DNA of 28,869 bases from a virus (Duplodnaviria > Caudoviricetes), in IMG/VR virus record IMGVR_UViG_3300031938_000024, positions 1 through 28,869 of that record; one strand, written 5' to 3'. Positions 1 to 9,235 of the stretch are shown one piece after another. The notes beneath the pieces were generated by a model that was given only the letters and a program-made list of their open reading frames with translations, did not search any database and had not been told where the DNA came from. Both the position numbers and the translations under genes were made by a program. Every line of letters begins with the position of its first letter. Within the stretch, counting starts at the first letter, position 1.

Positions 1-2
1 TC

Positions 3-542
3 GCGCGGGACCAGCAGCCCGAGGGGCACGCTCATTGGATTCGCGTCTTCGAGACGAGCGTGACGCTTAACGCGCCGACGGGCATGCTGAGCGCTGGCGG
101 CTCGAATCCAACCAACAGCGGTAGCACACTGGTGCTGAGGCAGATCGCGGATCGGCTATACGAGAACGGCGATCAGGTTGCTGACTGGCCGGCCGTCCGT
201 TGGGTATGGTCGATGATCCCGATCCCGGTCGCGATTGCCGCGTGGGCGTGGGTGGCCATCGCCGTCGAACTGCCCGTGTCCGTACACGTGCTGATCCTTG
301 CGATCATCGCCCTCGGCAGCGTGCCTCTCGTGCAGAAGGCGATGGCGAGCGTTCGCGCAGTACGCCTGCAGCAGGACGCGCCGCCGCACTGGGTGCGATT
401 CCGAGGGGAGTCTCGCAAAGAGACGATTCAGCGTCGAGCCGATACCCATGAGAATCTCAAGGTCGGCGCGATCACTCTTGTTGCCGGTGCCCTCCTCGGT
501 GTGCTCGGCACGCTGCTGACGACGGCGCTCACCGGAGGCTGA
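3..542 (+). CDS. Hypothetical membrane protein, probably 5'-truncated by the window edge
   Basis: Frame is open from position 3 (ARDQQPEGHAHWIRVFETSV...); two adjacent hydrophobic helices plus a C-terminal one (VGAITLVAGALLGVLGTLLT). Confidence 0.65.
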   Translation, partial: ARDQQPEGHAHWIRVFETSVTLNAPTGMLSAGGSNPTNSGSTLVLRQIADRLYENGDQVADWPAVRWVWSMIPIPVAIAAWAWVAIAVELPVSVHVLILAIIALGSVPLVQKAMASVRAVRLQQDAPPHWVRFRGESRKETIQRRADTHENLKVGAITLVAGALLGVLGTLLTTALTGG

Positions 543-576
543 CGAGGCGGCCGACCCGCTCTGGTCGACCGCCTCG
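543..576. terminator. Hairpin between convergent genes
   Basis: CGAGGCGG-C-CGACC/CGCTCT/GGTCG-A-CCGCCTCG: 13 WC pairs; the one mismatch becomes a G-U pair on the minus strand. Confidence 0.6.
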
Positions 577-579
577 CAT

Positions 580-813
580 TCATCCCTTACTCGATCGCGG
601 ATCGGGCTTCGGGTCGATCGTGTTCTTGTAGCGCACCTGGCCGTTGGTACCGTGCACGCTGATCTCGCCGCCCTGACCGGCTGCCAGCCGATCACGCAGG
701 GCGTCGTACGCGCCCTGCTGCGTGTCGTTCCGGACGGTCGCTCGCTGCCCGTCCTGGCGCTTGCCGACCCAGCTGTCGCCATCCTTATAGACGTTGTACT
801 CGTCGCTTCCCAT
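580..813 (-). CDS. DUF2188-like small protein (77 aa)
   Basis: MGSDEYNVYKDGDSWVGKRQDGQRATVRNDTQQGA...GEISVHGTNGQVR pattern; GAGGAGAGGGG RBS just upstream of ATG 813. Confidence 0.8.
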   Translation of the reverse strand: MGSDEYNVYKDGDSWVGKRQDGQRATVRNDTQQGAYDALRDRLAAGQGGEISVHGTNGQVRYKNTIDPKPDPRSSKG

Positions 814-892
814 ACTCACCCCCTCTCCTCGTTGAGGAGGCCAGGATAGCCGCCGACGCGTTCGTTCGGGCGGCCGGAGGAGCAAAGGTCTC

Positions 893-1189
893 ATGGCTGC
901 AGGCGTTCCGGGGCGGAGTACCGCCGCGCACCGGAACAACCGCAAGGCGCTGAAGGATCTGACCCGCGAGCACAACCTGCCGTGCGCGATGTGCGGTAAC
1001 GCGATCGACTGCGACCTGCCGCACACCGATCCGTGGTCGTTCGCGTACGACCACATCAAGTCGATCAAGACGCACCCGGACCTCGCCGACGACCCGGCGA
1101 ACGGCCAGCCGTCTCACAAGCGCTGCAACGAGAACAAGGGTGCGAACGACGCCCGACCCGGCCTCGGCGATCCGTCTGAGGTCTGGTGA
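893..1189 (+). CDS. HNH endonuclease (phage packaging-associated)
   Basis: CAMC...YDHIKS...N...HKRCNENKG motifs; GGAGGAG upstream; lies before the terminase genes. Confidence 0.92.
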   Translation: MAAGVPGRSTAAHRNNRKALKDLTREHNLPCAMCGNAIDCDLPHTDPWSFAYDHIKSIKTHPDLADDPANGQPSHKRCNENKGANDARPGLGDPSEVW

Positions 1190-1207
1190 CCGATGAGAGG
1201 AGACACC

Positions 1208-1447
1208 ATGTCGAACCGTCAGAGCACCAAGCAGACCGCGACCGCCGTCCGCCCCACGCCGGCCGAGCAGGCGGCCGAGAAGCCGGAGCAGGCCGAGGCC
1301 ACGGATGCCGAGCACACCGTCGCCAAGGGCGAGACCCTCGACGACATCGCGGAGAAGACCGGAGTCCCGGCCGCGCACCTGCAGCGCCTCAACGCGATCA
1401 AACGCCCCGAGCTCGTCTGGCCGGGCATGCGTCTGCGCCTCCGCTAG
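1208..1447 (+). CDS. Small stand-alone LysM-domain protein (79 aa)
   Basis: HTVAKGETLDDIAEKTGVPAAHLQRLNAIKRPELVWPGMRLRL is a canonical LysM; AGGAG RBS before ATG 1208. Confidence 0.88.
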   Translation: MSNRQSTKQTATAVRPTPAEQAAEKPEQAEATDAEHTVAKGETLDDIAEKTGVPAAHLQRLNAIKRPELVWPGMRLRLR

Positions 1448-1456
1448 TCGACACCG

Positions 1457-2029
1457 TCACGGGCGTCCGTGATCGATCCATCGCCAGCGCGGGTCTGGGC
1501 GTGAAGTGATGCGGGAGACTGCGCGACCGATTTCACGCGAGGCGGATCGGTCGGCGCTGTCGTCGAAGCGGTCGAACATTTGCTGCGCAAGGAGACGTGA
1601 GTATAGGGATTCCGCGATATCAGCGATCGTCGCGAAGACCTCGGCGAGCAACTCCATCGCGGGCAGCGTTGTGTCGATGTAGCTGATCTCGCCGATGCCT
1701 CGAACTGGCTCTGACTCGGGATCCTCACGCAGCGGTTGCAGGGTGGTCCACTGGTCGTGCTCGATGCGATTCCGGTACTCGATCACGAGTCCGAGGGAGT
1801 CTGCGATCTCCGATTGGGCGTGGGACTCGAGGACATCTTCGAGGTCCGCACCAGCGAAGGTATTCAGTCTCTTCCCCAAAGTCTGGTCAGCGCGGGCAGG
1901 AAACCCGGTCAGGTCGACGATGCCTCCGAGCGCGTGGTTGATCTGCGTAGCTGCTTTGGTCACCACACCGCGTGCTCGGTCCAGTCGCTCGCCTCGTGCC
2001 AACCCTGCTGCGTACCACTCGCGTTCCAT
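1457..2029 (-). CDS. Antisense accessory (moron) gene with HEPN-like Rx4H motif
   Basis: 190-aa mostly helical-looking ORF filling the gap between LysM and TerS; contains YRNRIEH. Confidence 0.6.
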   Translation of the reverse strand: MEREWYAAGLARGERLDRARGVVTKAATQINHALGGIVDLTGFPARADQTLGKRLNTFAGADLEDVLESHAQSEIADSLGLVIEYRNRIEHDQWTTLQPLREDPESEPVRGIGEISYIDTTLPAMELLAEVFATIADIAESLYSRLLAQQMFDRFDDSADRSASREIGRAVSRITSRPDPRWRWIDHGRP

Positions 2030-2064
2030 CCGATCAGCATCTCATCCGTCCTCGCTCTCGCTAG

Positions 2065-2135
2065 AGGGGTAGGGGGGTCGAATCCCTAGCCGTGGGGGCT
2101 CCGCACCGCACCGGGGGTGATCTATCCCCCTCCGC
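2065..2135. other. Candidate cos/packaging-initiation region
   Basis: Non-coding G-run/C-run segment (GGGGTAGGGGGGTC...GGGGGTGATCTATCCCCC) between the HNH region and TerS, the usual cos position in HNH/HK97-type phages. Confidence 0.45.
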
Positions 2136-2142
2136 TCGCGTT

Positions 2143-2335
2143 TGTCCCATGTCCCACACCTCGGGAGGTGGTCGCGATGCCGATGACACCCGAGGAGAAG
2201 CGCAAGCGCGACCGTGAGCGAAAGCGCCGGCAGCGCTCGAATGCCAAGGGATCGGCAACCCTCGAAGCACTCCCGCAGATCGGGCCGGCGACGATCCGGC
2301 GACGTGGGACAGAGGGTGGGACATCGGGTGGGACA
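2143..2335. repeat. Five copies of TGGGACA: two inverted (2143-2149, 2150-2157) and three direct with 12-bp period (2304, 2316, 2328)
   Basis: TGTCCCATGTCCCAC upstream of terS; GTGGGACA-gagg-GTGGGACA-tcgg-GTGGGACA within terS. Confidence 0.85.
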
Positions 2336-2671
2336 GCGGACGCGTCCGCGCCTCCGCCTCCGAGCGGCCCGACGAACCTGTCCGCGGCCGAGGATCTCGT
2401 CGCCGAGCTCAACATCTCCACGGCCGCCGCGCGCTACCGGGTCGCTCTGATCCTGCAGCTCGCTCGTGACCTCGACGAGCCGTCCGCGATCCCGCAGCGA
2501 TCTTCCCTCGCGGCGAAGTACACCGAGAACGTCGACGCCCTGCTCGCGATCGCGAAGCCGAAGGAACGCGACGAGCTCGACGAGATGCGCCGCATGTTCT
2601 ACCAGGGGGAGACCGGTGGCATCGACGACGACCCGGAAGCGCGCAGCCGTCCCACGCGCAAGAAGGCGTAG
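2177..2671 (+). CDS. Terminase small subunit (putative)
   Basis: GGGAGGT RBS before ATG 2177; basic N-terminus; LARDLD...DELDEMRR C-terminus; directly upstream of and overlapping TerL. Confidence 0.75.
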   Translation: MPMTPEEKRKRDRERKRRQRSNAKGSATLEALPQIGPATIRRRGTEGGTSGGTADASAPPPPSGPTNLSAAEDLVAELNISTAAARYRVALILQLARDLDEPSAIPQRSSLAAKYTENVDALLAIAKPKERDELDEMRRMFYQGETGGIDDDPEARSRPTRKKA

Positions 2672-4163
2672 CGCGCCGCGGCGGGTGTACGGGCACGAGG
2701 CACCTCGTGTCTTCACCCCGCCGCGGCGACCGCTCACGCCGCAGACCTCCGCCGGTTACGCCGCGATCCACTTCGCGATGTGGCTGCACCTGCAGCTCGC
2801 CGGCACCCGCTACGCCGAGCTCGCTCCGAAGCTGAACCCGTGGCAGCGCTGGTTCCTGATCCACGCACTCGAGCTCAACCCGGATGGGTCGTACCGGTTC
2901 AAGACGGTGCTCCTCTGGGTGGCCCGGCAGAACGGCAAGACGTTCATCGCGGCCCTGCTGATCCTGTTCCGCATGATCATGGACGGCGACGCGCAGGTGA
3001 TCGGCGTCGCTCAGAAGCTCGCCACGGCTAAGAAAACCTGGGACCACGCACAGTCGATCATCGACGCGATCCCGCGACTGCGGCAGGAGTTCGCGAAGGC
3101 GAACAACATCAACGGCGAGTTGTGGTTCGAGCTCACCGGCGGGCAACGCTACTGGGTCGACTCCGCCGACAACGGCGGCCGCGGCCTCACTTTCGATCTC
3201 GTGTTCGTCGACGAGATCCTGAAGCACAAGACGTTCAAAGCGTGGTCGGCGCTGTCGAAGACCACGGCCGCGCGCCGTCGCTCGCAGCTCATTGCCGCGT
3301 CGAACACGGGCGACCTCGAAGCGGTTGTGCAGCGGTTCCTGCACAAGCAGGCGATCCAGGCCATCGAGGCGAACGACGACTCGACGACGATCGGCCTGTT
3401 CTGGTGGACACCGCCGCCGGGGATGCCGCTCGACACCCCCGAGGCGTGGGCGTACTCGAACCCGTCGATGAACTACAACCTGCCGCAAGAGAACCTCGCC
3501 GCCTACTGGGTGTCGGACCCGCGGCCCGTGTTCGAGTCCGAAGTCGCGAACATCTTCATCGACTCCACGACCGGCGGCCCGTTCCAACAGGGCATGTGGG
3601 CGAAGGGGCTCGATCGGCTCTCGAAGCGCGCCGACGGTGCCGACGTCTACATCTGCATCGAGGTCAGCTCGGACCGCACACTCGCACACATCGGCTTCGC
3701 TGCGCTGCGGGCTGACGGGTTCATTCACGTCGGCATCATGCAGAGCCTGCCGGGGACCGACTGGGTTGTGCCGTGGCTCACCGCTCCCGAACGCCGGTTT
3801 ACCCCGGCCGGCATCACCTTCCAAACCAACGGCGCTCCGGTGTCGTCCCTCGTCGGCGAGTTCGAGGCCGCCGGCCTCGAGGTCACCCCGTGGGGCGGCC
3901 CCGACCTCGGCCGCGCGACTGGGCTCCTGCTCGACCACGTCAACCTGCAGAAGCTCCGACACCGGCATCAGCCGTTGCTCGAGGTGGCAGCGCAGAACGC
4001 CGTCGTGAAGAAACTCGCTGACGCGCTCGTCATCGACCGGTCGGGATCCGCTCACGACGCTTCACCGCTCTCGGCGATCGCCGGCGCGCTGTGGCTGCTG
4101 AAGAACCCGCCGACAACACCCGAGCCGCAGATCCGCACGCTCAAGAGGAGGACACGTGGCTAA
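2616..4163 (+). CDS. Terminase large subunit
   Basis: Walker A VARQNGKT, GRGLT, Walker B LVFVDE; start reassigned to GTG 2616 after GGGGAG. Confidence 0.95.
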   Translation: MASTTTRKRAAVPRARRRSAPRRVYGHEAPRVFTPPRRPLTPQTSAGYAAIHFAMWLHLQLAGTRYAELAPKLNPWQRWFLIHALELNPDGSYRFKTVLLWVARQNGKTFIAALLILFRMIMDGDAQVIGVAQKLATAKKTWDHAQSIIDAIPRLRQEFAKANNINGELWFELTGGQRYWVDSADNGGRGLTFDLVFVDEILKHKTFKAWSALSKTTAARRRSQLIAASNTGDLEAVVQRFLHKQAIQAIEANDDSTTIGLFWWTPPPGMPLDTPEAWAYSNPSMNYNLPQENLAAYWVSDPRPVFESEVANIFIDSTTGGPFQQGMWAKGLDRLSKRADGADVYICIEVSSDRTLAHIGFAALRADGFIHVGIMQSLPGTDWVVPWLTAPERRFTPAGITFQTNGAPVSSLVGEFEAAGLEVTPWGGPDLGRATGLLLDHVNLQKLRHRHQPLLEVAAQNAVVKKLADALVIDRSGSAHDASPLSAIAGALWLLKNPPTTPEPQIRTLKRRTRG

Positions 4164-6051
4164 GTTCACCGATCGAGTCCGGGACGCCTGGCGCTCGCTC
4201 GTCACCCGTGCGCAGTCGCGGCTCCCGTCGCTGCGCGGTGGTCGCACTGCCGCCGGCGTCTACGTGACGCCGGAGCAGTCGCTGCAGGTGATGGCCGTGC
4301 TCACCTCGGTGCGCCTCGTGGCCGAAGCGGTGTCGAGTCTGCCGAAGTCGGTTGTTGTTCGCCGTGGCCGTGACCGAGTGACTCCGTCGCCGAAGTACCG
4401 CACGCTCGTCTACCTGCTGACCGTGCAGCCGAACCCGGTGATGGATGCCGCAGAGTTCTGGCGCACGGTCGTCACTTGGATGCTCATTCGCGGGAACGCC
4501 TACGTGTTCGTGCACCGCAACGGGGCCGGCGACGTCATCGGCCTGTGGCCGGTCCCGCCGACCGATGTGAAGGTGCTGCGCACGTCGACGGGTGATCTCG
4601 CCTACAAGCTCAGCCACGACGGCAAGGAGACGTGGCTGCCGGTCGAACCCGGTTACGTGGCAACACACCTCGAGATCCTCCACTATCGCTGGTTCGGCAC
4701 CGGCCCCGAGGCGCTCTCGCCGATCGGCGTCGCCCGTCAGCAGGTCGGCATCTCCGTGGCGGCGACCGCATACATCGGCGGATTCTTCGAGCGTGACGCG
4801 ACACCGGAGACGGTGCTCACCACGCAGGGCAACCTAACCGACAAGCAGTGGGATCGCCTCGTCACCCAGATGGAAGACCGACACCAGGGGTTCGAGAACT
4901 CGCATCAGCTCGCCGTCTTCGAGGGAGGCGCGAAGCTCGAGCGCGTCTCACTCTCGCCGGCCGACGCGCAGTTCCTCGCGATCTACAAGCTCACCGAGGG
5001 CAAGATCGCATCGATGTACGGCGTCCCGCCGCACAAGATCGGCGACCTCGAGCACGCGACCTTCTCGAACATCGAGCACCTCGGGATCGAGTTCGTGCAG
5101 GATGCACTGCTGCCGCCGATCACCCGGATCGAGAACGTCACGCAGCGCCTGTTCGACGACGTTGACATGCGGCTGAAGTTCGACCCGAAGGGGCGAATGC
5201 GCGGCGACACCGCGGCGCAGACCGCGTCCTACGCGGCCGGTCGTCAGTGGGGCTACTACTCCGTGAACGACGTCCGCTCGCTCGAGGATCTCCCACCCAT
5301 CGAGGGTGGCGACACGTACCTCGAGCCGATCAACATGGTGCCGGCCGGCGCGCAGCCCGTGCAGCGCGACGGCCTCCCGCCGGTCGAGATCGCACAGCTC
5401 CGCCCGACGGCACTGCGTGCGATCGAACCGCTGCGTCGCGCAGCATCTGAGGACGCGCCCGCATGGCTGACACGTCTCGACGCGGTGCTCTCCGGCTTCG
5501 TCGCGGAGCAGCGCGAGGAGATGCTCGGCGAGCACTACACAGCCGACGACCAGCCCGAGTGGGACGGGCGTCTCGCGGAGGCGCTCGAGCCGATCATCGG
5601 CGGTGCCATCACCGATCTCGCGAACCGCGAGGCGGCAGCGCACGGCGGCGTGTTCGTCCCCGCGTTCGCGCAGAACTGGGTAGCGGCGGCGTCGCTGAGT
5701 CACGCTCAGGCGTTCAACTCGCTCACCTTCCTCGGCCTGCTCGCGATCGAGCCCGACGATCAGGAAGTGTTCGACGTCTTCGCTGCCGCCGCGCGGCGCG
5801 TGCCCGAGGCCGCACGTCGGACGCTCGACATCGTCGGATCCTTCGCACGGTTCGAGGGCGCATCGCAGGCCGGCGCGACGTCGAAGCGATGGATCGCCCG
5901 GGACGAGCAGCACGAGTCGATGCAGGGCGAGACCGCCCCGATCGACGAGCCGTTCTCCAACGGCGCGAAGTGGCCGCGCGATCTCGCCGCCGGCGCAACC
6001 GAAGTCACGGGATGCACCTGTGACGCCGAATACGACAAGGAGTCGACATGA
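4156..6051 (+). CDS. HK97-family portal protein with fused C-terminal MuF-like minor head domain
   Basis: PNP.M, GNAY, SP, IASMYGVPPHKIG, NIE, NDVRSLEDLPPIEGGD portal motifs; extra ~230 aa ending KRW...H...G...IDEPF...GCTC. Confidence 0.93.
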   Translation: MAKFTDRVRDAWRSLVTRAQSRLPSLRGGRTAAGVYVTPEQSLQVMAVLTSVRLVAEAVSSLPKSVVVRRGRDRVTPSPKYRTLVYLLTVQPNPVMDAAEFWRTVVTWMLIRGNAYVFVHRNGAGDVIGLWPVPPTDVKVLRTSTGDLAYKLSHDGKETWLPVEPGYVATHLEILHYRWFGTGPEALSPIGVARQQVGISVAATAYIGGFFERDATPETVLTTQGNLTDKQWDRLVTQMEDRHQGFENSHQLAVFEGGAKLERVSLSPADAQFLAIYKLTEGKIASMYGVPPHKIGDLEHATFSNIEHLGIEFVQDALLPPITRIENVTQRLFDDVDMRLKFDPKGRMRGDTAAQTASYAAGRQWGYYSVNDVRSLEDLPPIEGGDTYLEPINMVPAGAQPVQRDGLPPVEIAQLRPTALRAIEPLRRAASEDAPAWLTRLDAVLSGFVAEQREEMLGEHYTADDQPEWDGRLAEALEPIIGGAITDLANREAAAHGGVFVPAFAQNWVAAASLSHAQAFNSLTFLGLLAIEPDDQEVFDVFAAAARRVPEAARRTLDIVGSFARFEGASQAGATSKRWIARDEQHESMQGETAPIDEPFSNGAKWPRDLAAGATEVTGCTCDAEYDKEST

Positions 6052-6638
6052 CCCGCACTCTCGAGCGTCGCGTCTTCCCGCTGACGGATATCCAGATCCG
6101 CGCCGCGAACGATGACGACCGACGCCTGCACTTCACCGGACGCGCTGTCGTGTACGACCAGCTTTCCGAGGATCTGGGCGGATGGCAGGAAGTCATCAAG
6201 CCGGGCGCTGCGACGCGCACGCTCGCGACGAATCCCGACGTTCGGTTCCTCATCAACCATGATCCGAACCTGCTGCTCGGGCGGACGACGTCGAGCACGC
6301 TGCGGCTGACCGAGGACGCCGACGGCGTGCTCGTCGATGCCGACATGGCTGACGTCTCCTACGCGCGAGACCTCGCCGTCTCGCTCGAGCGCGAGGACAT
6401 CACGCAGATGTCGTTCGGATTCTGGGTGCTCTCGGACAGTTGGTCGGGGTCGCTGCACGAGGTGCGCGAATTCGACTTCGAGGGCGGCGACGTCTCCGTC
6501 GTCACCTATCCGGCCTACACGCAGACCTCCGCCGAGCTGCGCGCCATCGCGCAGCAGCACATCGCCGCGGCGGAGGGCTACCCGCTCGAGCGCGCGAAGC
6601 ACCGGCTCCACGAGCTCGAGCTGCTCTCCAACATCTGA
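6048..6638 (+). CDS. HK97-family prohead protease
   Basis: FTGRAVVYD, E.IKPGA, FLINHD, MSFGF, DVSVVTYPAY motifs. Confidence 0.95.
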   Translation: MTRTLERRVFPLTDIQIRAANDDDRRLHFTGRAVVYDQLSEDLGGWQEVIKPGAATRTLATNPDVRFLINHDPNLLLGRTTSSTLRLTEDADGVLVDADMADVSYARDLAVSLEREDITQMSFGFWVLSDSWSGSLHEVREFDFEGGDVSVVTYPAYTQTSAELRAIAQQHIAAAEGYPLERAKHRLHELELLSNI

Positions 6639-6704
6639 CCGACCCCACAAACGTGCCCGTCCGAACGGTGCGGGACACAACCCAACAAGGAAAGGAGCGT
6701 GGCT

Positions 6705-7928
6705 ATGTCCACCTCTGTTCAGCTCCGTCAGGAGCGCGCTCGCACCGTCGAGGCGATGCGAGCCATCACCGATCTCGCCGAGGGCGAGAACCGCAACCTG
6801 AGCGCGGAGGAGCGGCAGTCGTACGACCGCGGCGAGTCCGAGTTCCGTGATCTCTCCGAGCGCATCGAGCGTCAGGAGTCGCAGGAGCGTCGCAACGCCG
6901 AGCTCGGCGAGGCGATCAACGGCGGCGGGGACACCCCCGGTGCCGGTGGCGGGGAGCAGCGCGCACAGGCGCAGCGCTCCGCGTTCCTGCGCTTCGTCCG
7001 CGGCGGCGCGATGGCGGCCGAGCAGCGTGCTCTCGTGGAGAACGCCGCCGGCGAGATCCTCGTCCCCGAAGACCTCGAGGCCGAGATCAACCGTGAGGTG
7101 CCGCGCCTGAGCGTCATCCGCGGTCTCGCGAGCGAGCGTCCGACCTCGAGCAACCGCGTCCGTCGCCGCTCGCTGTCCGAGGTGGCCGTCGGCTGGGGCA
7201 AGCTCGAGACCAACGAGCAGAACCTCACTGACTCGATGCCCGACAGCCCCGAGCAGGAGTACACCTACATCGAGGATCTCTACGGTCTCGCGAAGATCGG
7301 CGAGGACGAGCTCGACGACTCCGACGTGAACCTCGAGGCGTTCGTCCGCGACAGCTTCGCCCGCGCCGCGGCCGAAGCCGAGGACACCGCGTTCACGGTC
7401 GGCGTCGGCCACACCGCGCACCAGCCCGTCGGGATCTTCTCGACGGCCGGCGGAGTGTCGAGCCTCGTGTCCGCCGCGACCGACTACTCGGGCAACTCGG
7501 GTGCGAACGGCGCGAACGCGTTCGTCGACGACATGCAGGCGCTCATCTACGCCGTGCCGGCGCAGTACCGCACCAACGGTGCGTTCCTGACCTCGTCGGC
7601 GAACGAGCTCAAGCTGTCGACCCTGAAGGACGGAAACGGTCAGTACCTCTGGCGCGCATCCATCCAGGCCGGCCGCCCGAACACGTTCCTCGGCTATGCC
7701 CTCCACAACCAGGAGGACGTGGACAGCTTCGCCGCCGGCAAGGCGATCGCGGCGTTCGGCGACATCAACGCCGGCTACCGCATCTACGACCGCCTCGGCA
7801 TCACCGTGAAGCGGCTCGAGGAGCTGTATGCCGAGGACGGCATGATCGGCTTCAAGTTCCGCAAGCGAGTCGGCGGCGACGTCGTCCGCCCGCAGGCGCT
7901 GAAGCTGCTCCGCCTCAAGACCGCCTGA
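6705..7928 (+). CDS. HK97-fold major capsid protein with N-terminal scaffold (delta) region
   Basis: AAGGAG RBS; coiled-coil N-terminus; LVPED, G.G..QP.GI, LKDGNGQYLW, FGD, RVGG motifs. Confidence 0.96.
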   Translation: MSTSVQLRQERARTVEAMRAITDLAEGENRNLSAEERQSYDRGESEFRDLSERIERQESQERRNAELGEAINGGGDTPGAGGGEQRAQAQRSAFLRFVRGGAMAAEQRALVENAAGEILVPEDLEAEINREVPRLSVIRGLASERPTSSNRVRRRSLSEVAVGWGKLETNEQNLTDSMPDSPEQEYTYIEDLYGLAKIGEDELDDSDVNLEAFVRDSFARAAAEAEDTAFTVGVGHTAHQPVGIFSTAGGVSSLVSAATDYSGNSGANGANAFVDDMQALIYAVPAQYRTNGAFLTSSANELKLSTLKDGNGQYLWRASIQAGRPNTFLGYALHNQEDVDSFAAGKAIAAFGDINAGYRIYDRLGITVKRLEELYAEDGMIGFKFRKRVGGDVVRPQALKLLRLKTA

Positions 7929-7943
7929 CCCCAGGCGACCCCA

Positions 7944-7979
7944 CGGCGGCGGCCGGGAACACCACCCCGGCCGCCGCCG
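7944..7979 (+). terminator. 14-bp GC hairpin after the capsid gene (terminator or mRNA stabiliser)
   Basis: CGGCGGCGGCCGGG-aacaccac-CCCGGCCGCCGCCG, a perfect stem with no U-tract. Confidence 0.6.
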
Positions 7980-8009
7980 ACCACAACCTCGACGACGGGA
8001 GCACCCGCG

Positions 8010-8588
8010 ATGCCCGAGCCCACAGAACCCGCCCCGGATCTGCTGCTCACCGCCGAGGAGGTGCAGGCAGTCACGAACACGCAGCTCTCCGCATCCGAGG
8101 CGCAGTCGATCGCCGCGCAGGCGACTGACGCCGTCCGCGATTACTGCGGATGGCGCGTCGCGAAAGCCGCGAGCGAGACGCTCGTGCTGTCCTCGCGCGG
8201 CGGACGCGCCCTGTTCCTGCCGAGTCTGCAGATCAACGAGATCACCGCCATCACCGTCGACGGGCACACCCTCGCCGTCGACGACTTCGACTGGGATCCG
8301 AACGGCATCCTCGAACGCGTCTCAGGCCGCTGGCCGCGCGGTCGCCGCGCGGTCACCGTCACCCTCAACCACGGCTACGCGACCTGCCCCGGCGGCATCT
8401 CGCAGGCCATCTCCGCCGCCGTCGCCCGCGGCGTCCTCGTCCCCGCCGGCGGCATCGCCTCCGAGACCGCGATCGGACAGTCCATCGTCTACTCCCGCAT
8501 GAGCGCCGGCGGCCTCGCGGCCGGCGCGATGTTCGTCTCCGACGAGCTCGAGCGACTCGACCGCCACCGACTGCAGGCAAGCCGATGA
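8010..8588 (+). CDS. Head-to-tail adaptor
   Basis: Position after capsid; AVRDYCGW, LFLPSL, VTVTLNHGY motifs. Confidence 0.8.
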   Translation: MPEPTEPAPDLLLTAEEVQAVTNTQLSASEAQSIAAQATDAVRDYCGWRVAKAASETLVLSSRGGRALFLPSLQINEITAITVDGHTLAVDDFDWDPNGILERVSGRWPRGRRAVTVTLNHGYATCPGGISQAISAAVARGVLVPAGGIASETAIGQSIVYSRMSAGGLAAGAMFVSDELERLDRHRLQASR

Positions 8589-8908
8589 GACTGCGACCGA
8601 GCTTCACCCCGCACACCGTCACCGTCCGCGACCGCCTCGGCGGCGGCAGCATGGGCGAACGCCACGGCAGCCCTCGCACCGTCACACACGTCTGGGTCGT
8701 CGACGAACAGGCGGCCATCCTCGACGCGAGCGGGAACGAGGTCGTCTCCAACGCGCAGGTCTCGACGAACATCGACGAGATCATCCCGCTCGGCTCGTTC
8801 GTCACCGTGTGGAAGGGCGAACCCGGAGAGCGCGAGGGCCGCGTCGAGAAGATCGCTGTCTTCCGCCACGAGCGCCTGCCACAGAGCCGCACGCTGTTCA
8901 TCGTCTAG
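8585..8908 (+). CDS. Head-to-tail stopper/closure protein
   Basis: ATGA overlap at 8585; MRLRPSFTPHTVTV...DASGNEVVS...IPLGSFVTV; synteny. Confidence 0.75.
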   Translation: MRLRPSFTPHTVTVRDRLGGGSMGERHGSPRTVTHVWVVDEQAAILDASGNEVVSNAQVSTNIDEIIPLGSFVTVWKGEPGEREGRVEKIAVFRHERLPQSRTLFIV

Positions 8909-8917
8909 GGGGTCGCC

Positions 8918-9235
8918 GTGGGGGAGTACAAACCCATCCTCTCGACCGTCGAAAAGGCCGCGCAGGACGCGATGCGAAAGGCCGGCCGGGAGCTGCTCAA
9001 GCGATCGAACCAGCTCGCTCCGCGCGACGACGGCGACCTCATCAAGTCGGGCAAAGTCGTCATCGACGACCTGAGCATGTCCGTGCGCTACACCGCCCCG
9101 CACGCCGTCTTCCAACACGAGCACCTCGACTGGGAACACGGCACCGGCGGGCCGAAGTTCCTCGAGGTCGCATCCGACGAGGTCGACATCGGCGCGATTG
9201 TCGCGGCCGCTGTAGAGGAGGCGCTCGGTGGATGA
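8918..9235 (+). CDS. HK97 gp10-like neck/tail-completion protein
   Basis: APRDDGDL.KS, YTAPHAVFQHE, GPKFLE motifs. Confidence 0.75.
   Translation: MGEYKPILSTVEKAAQDAMRKAGRELLKRSNQLAPRDDGDLIKSGKVVIDDLSMSVRYTAPHAVFQHEHLDWEHGTGGPKFLEVASDEVDIGAIVAAAVEEALGG

Noticed and set aside
2466-2615. Upstream start for TerL
   Set aside because: Deep overlap with terS; GTG 2616 has a better RBS
5760-8267. 835-aa minus-strand ORF, and similar long antisense ORFs (2409-4055, 9602-10933, 27534-28868)
   Set aside because: Shadows of strongly biased high-GC plus-strand phage genes; no motifs
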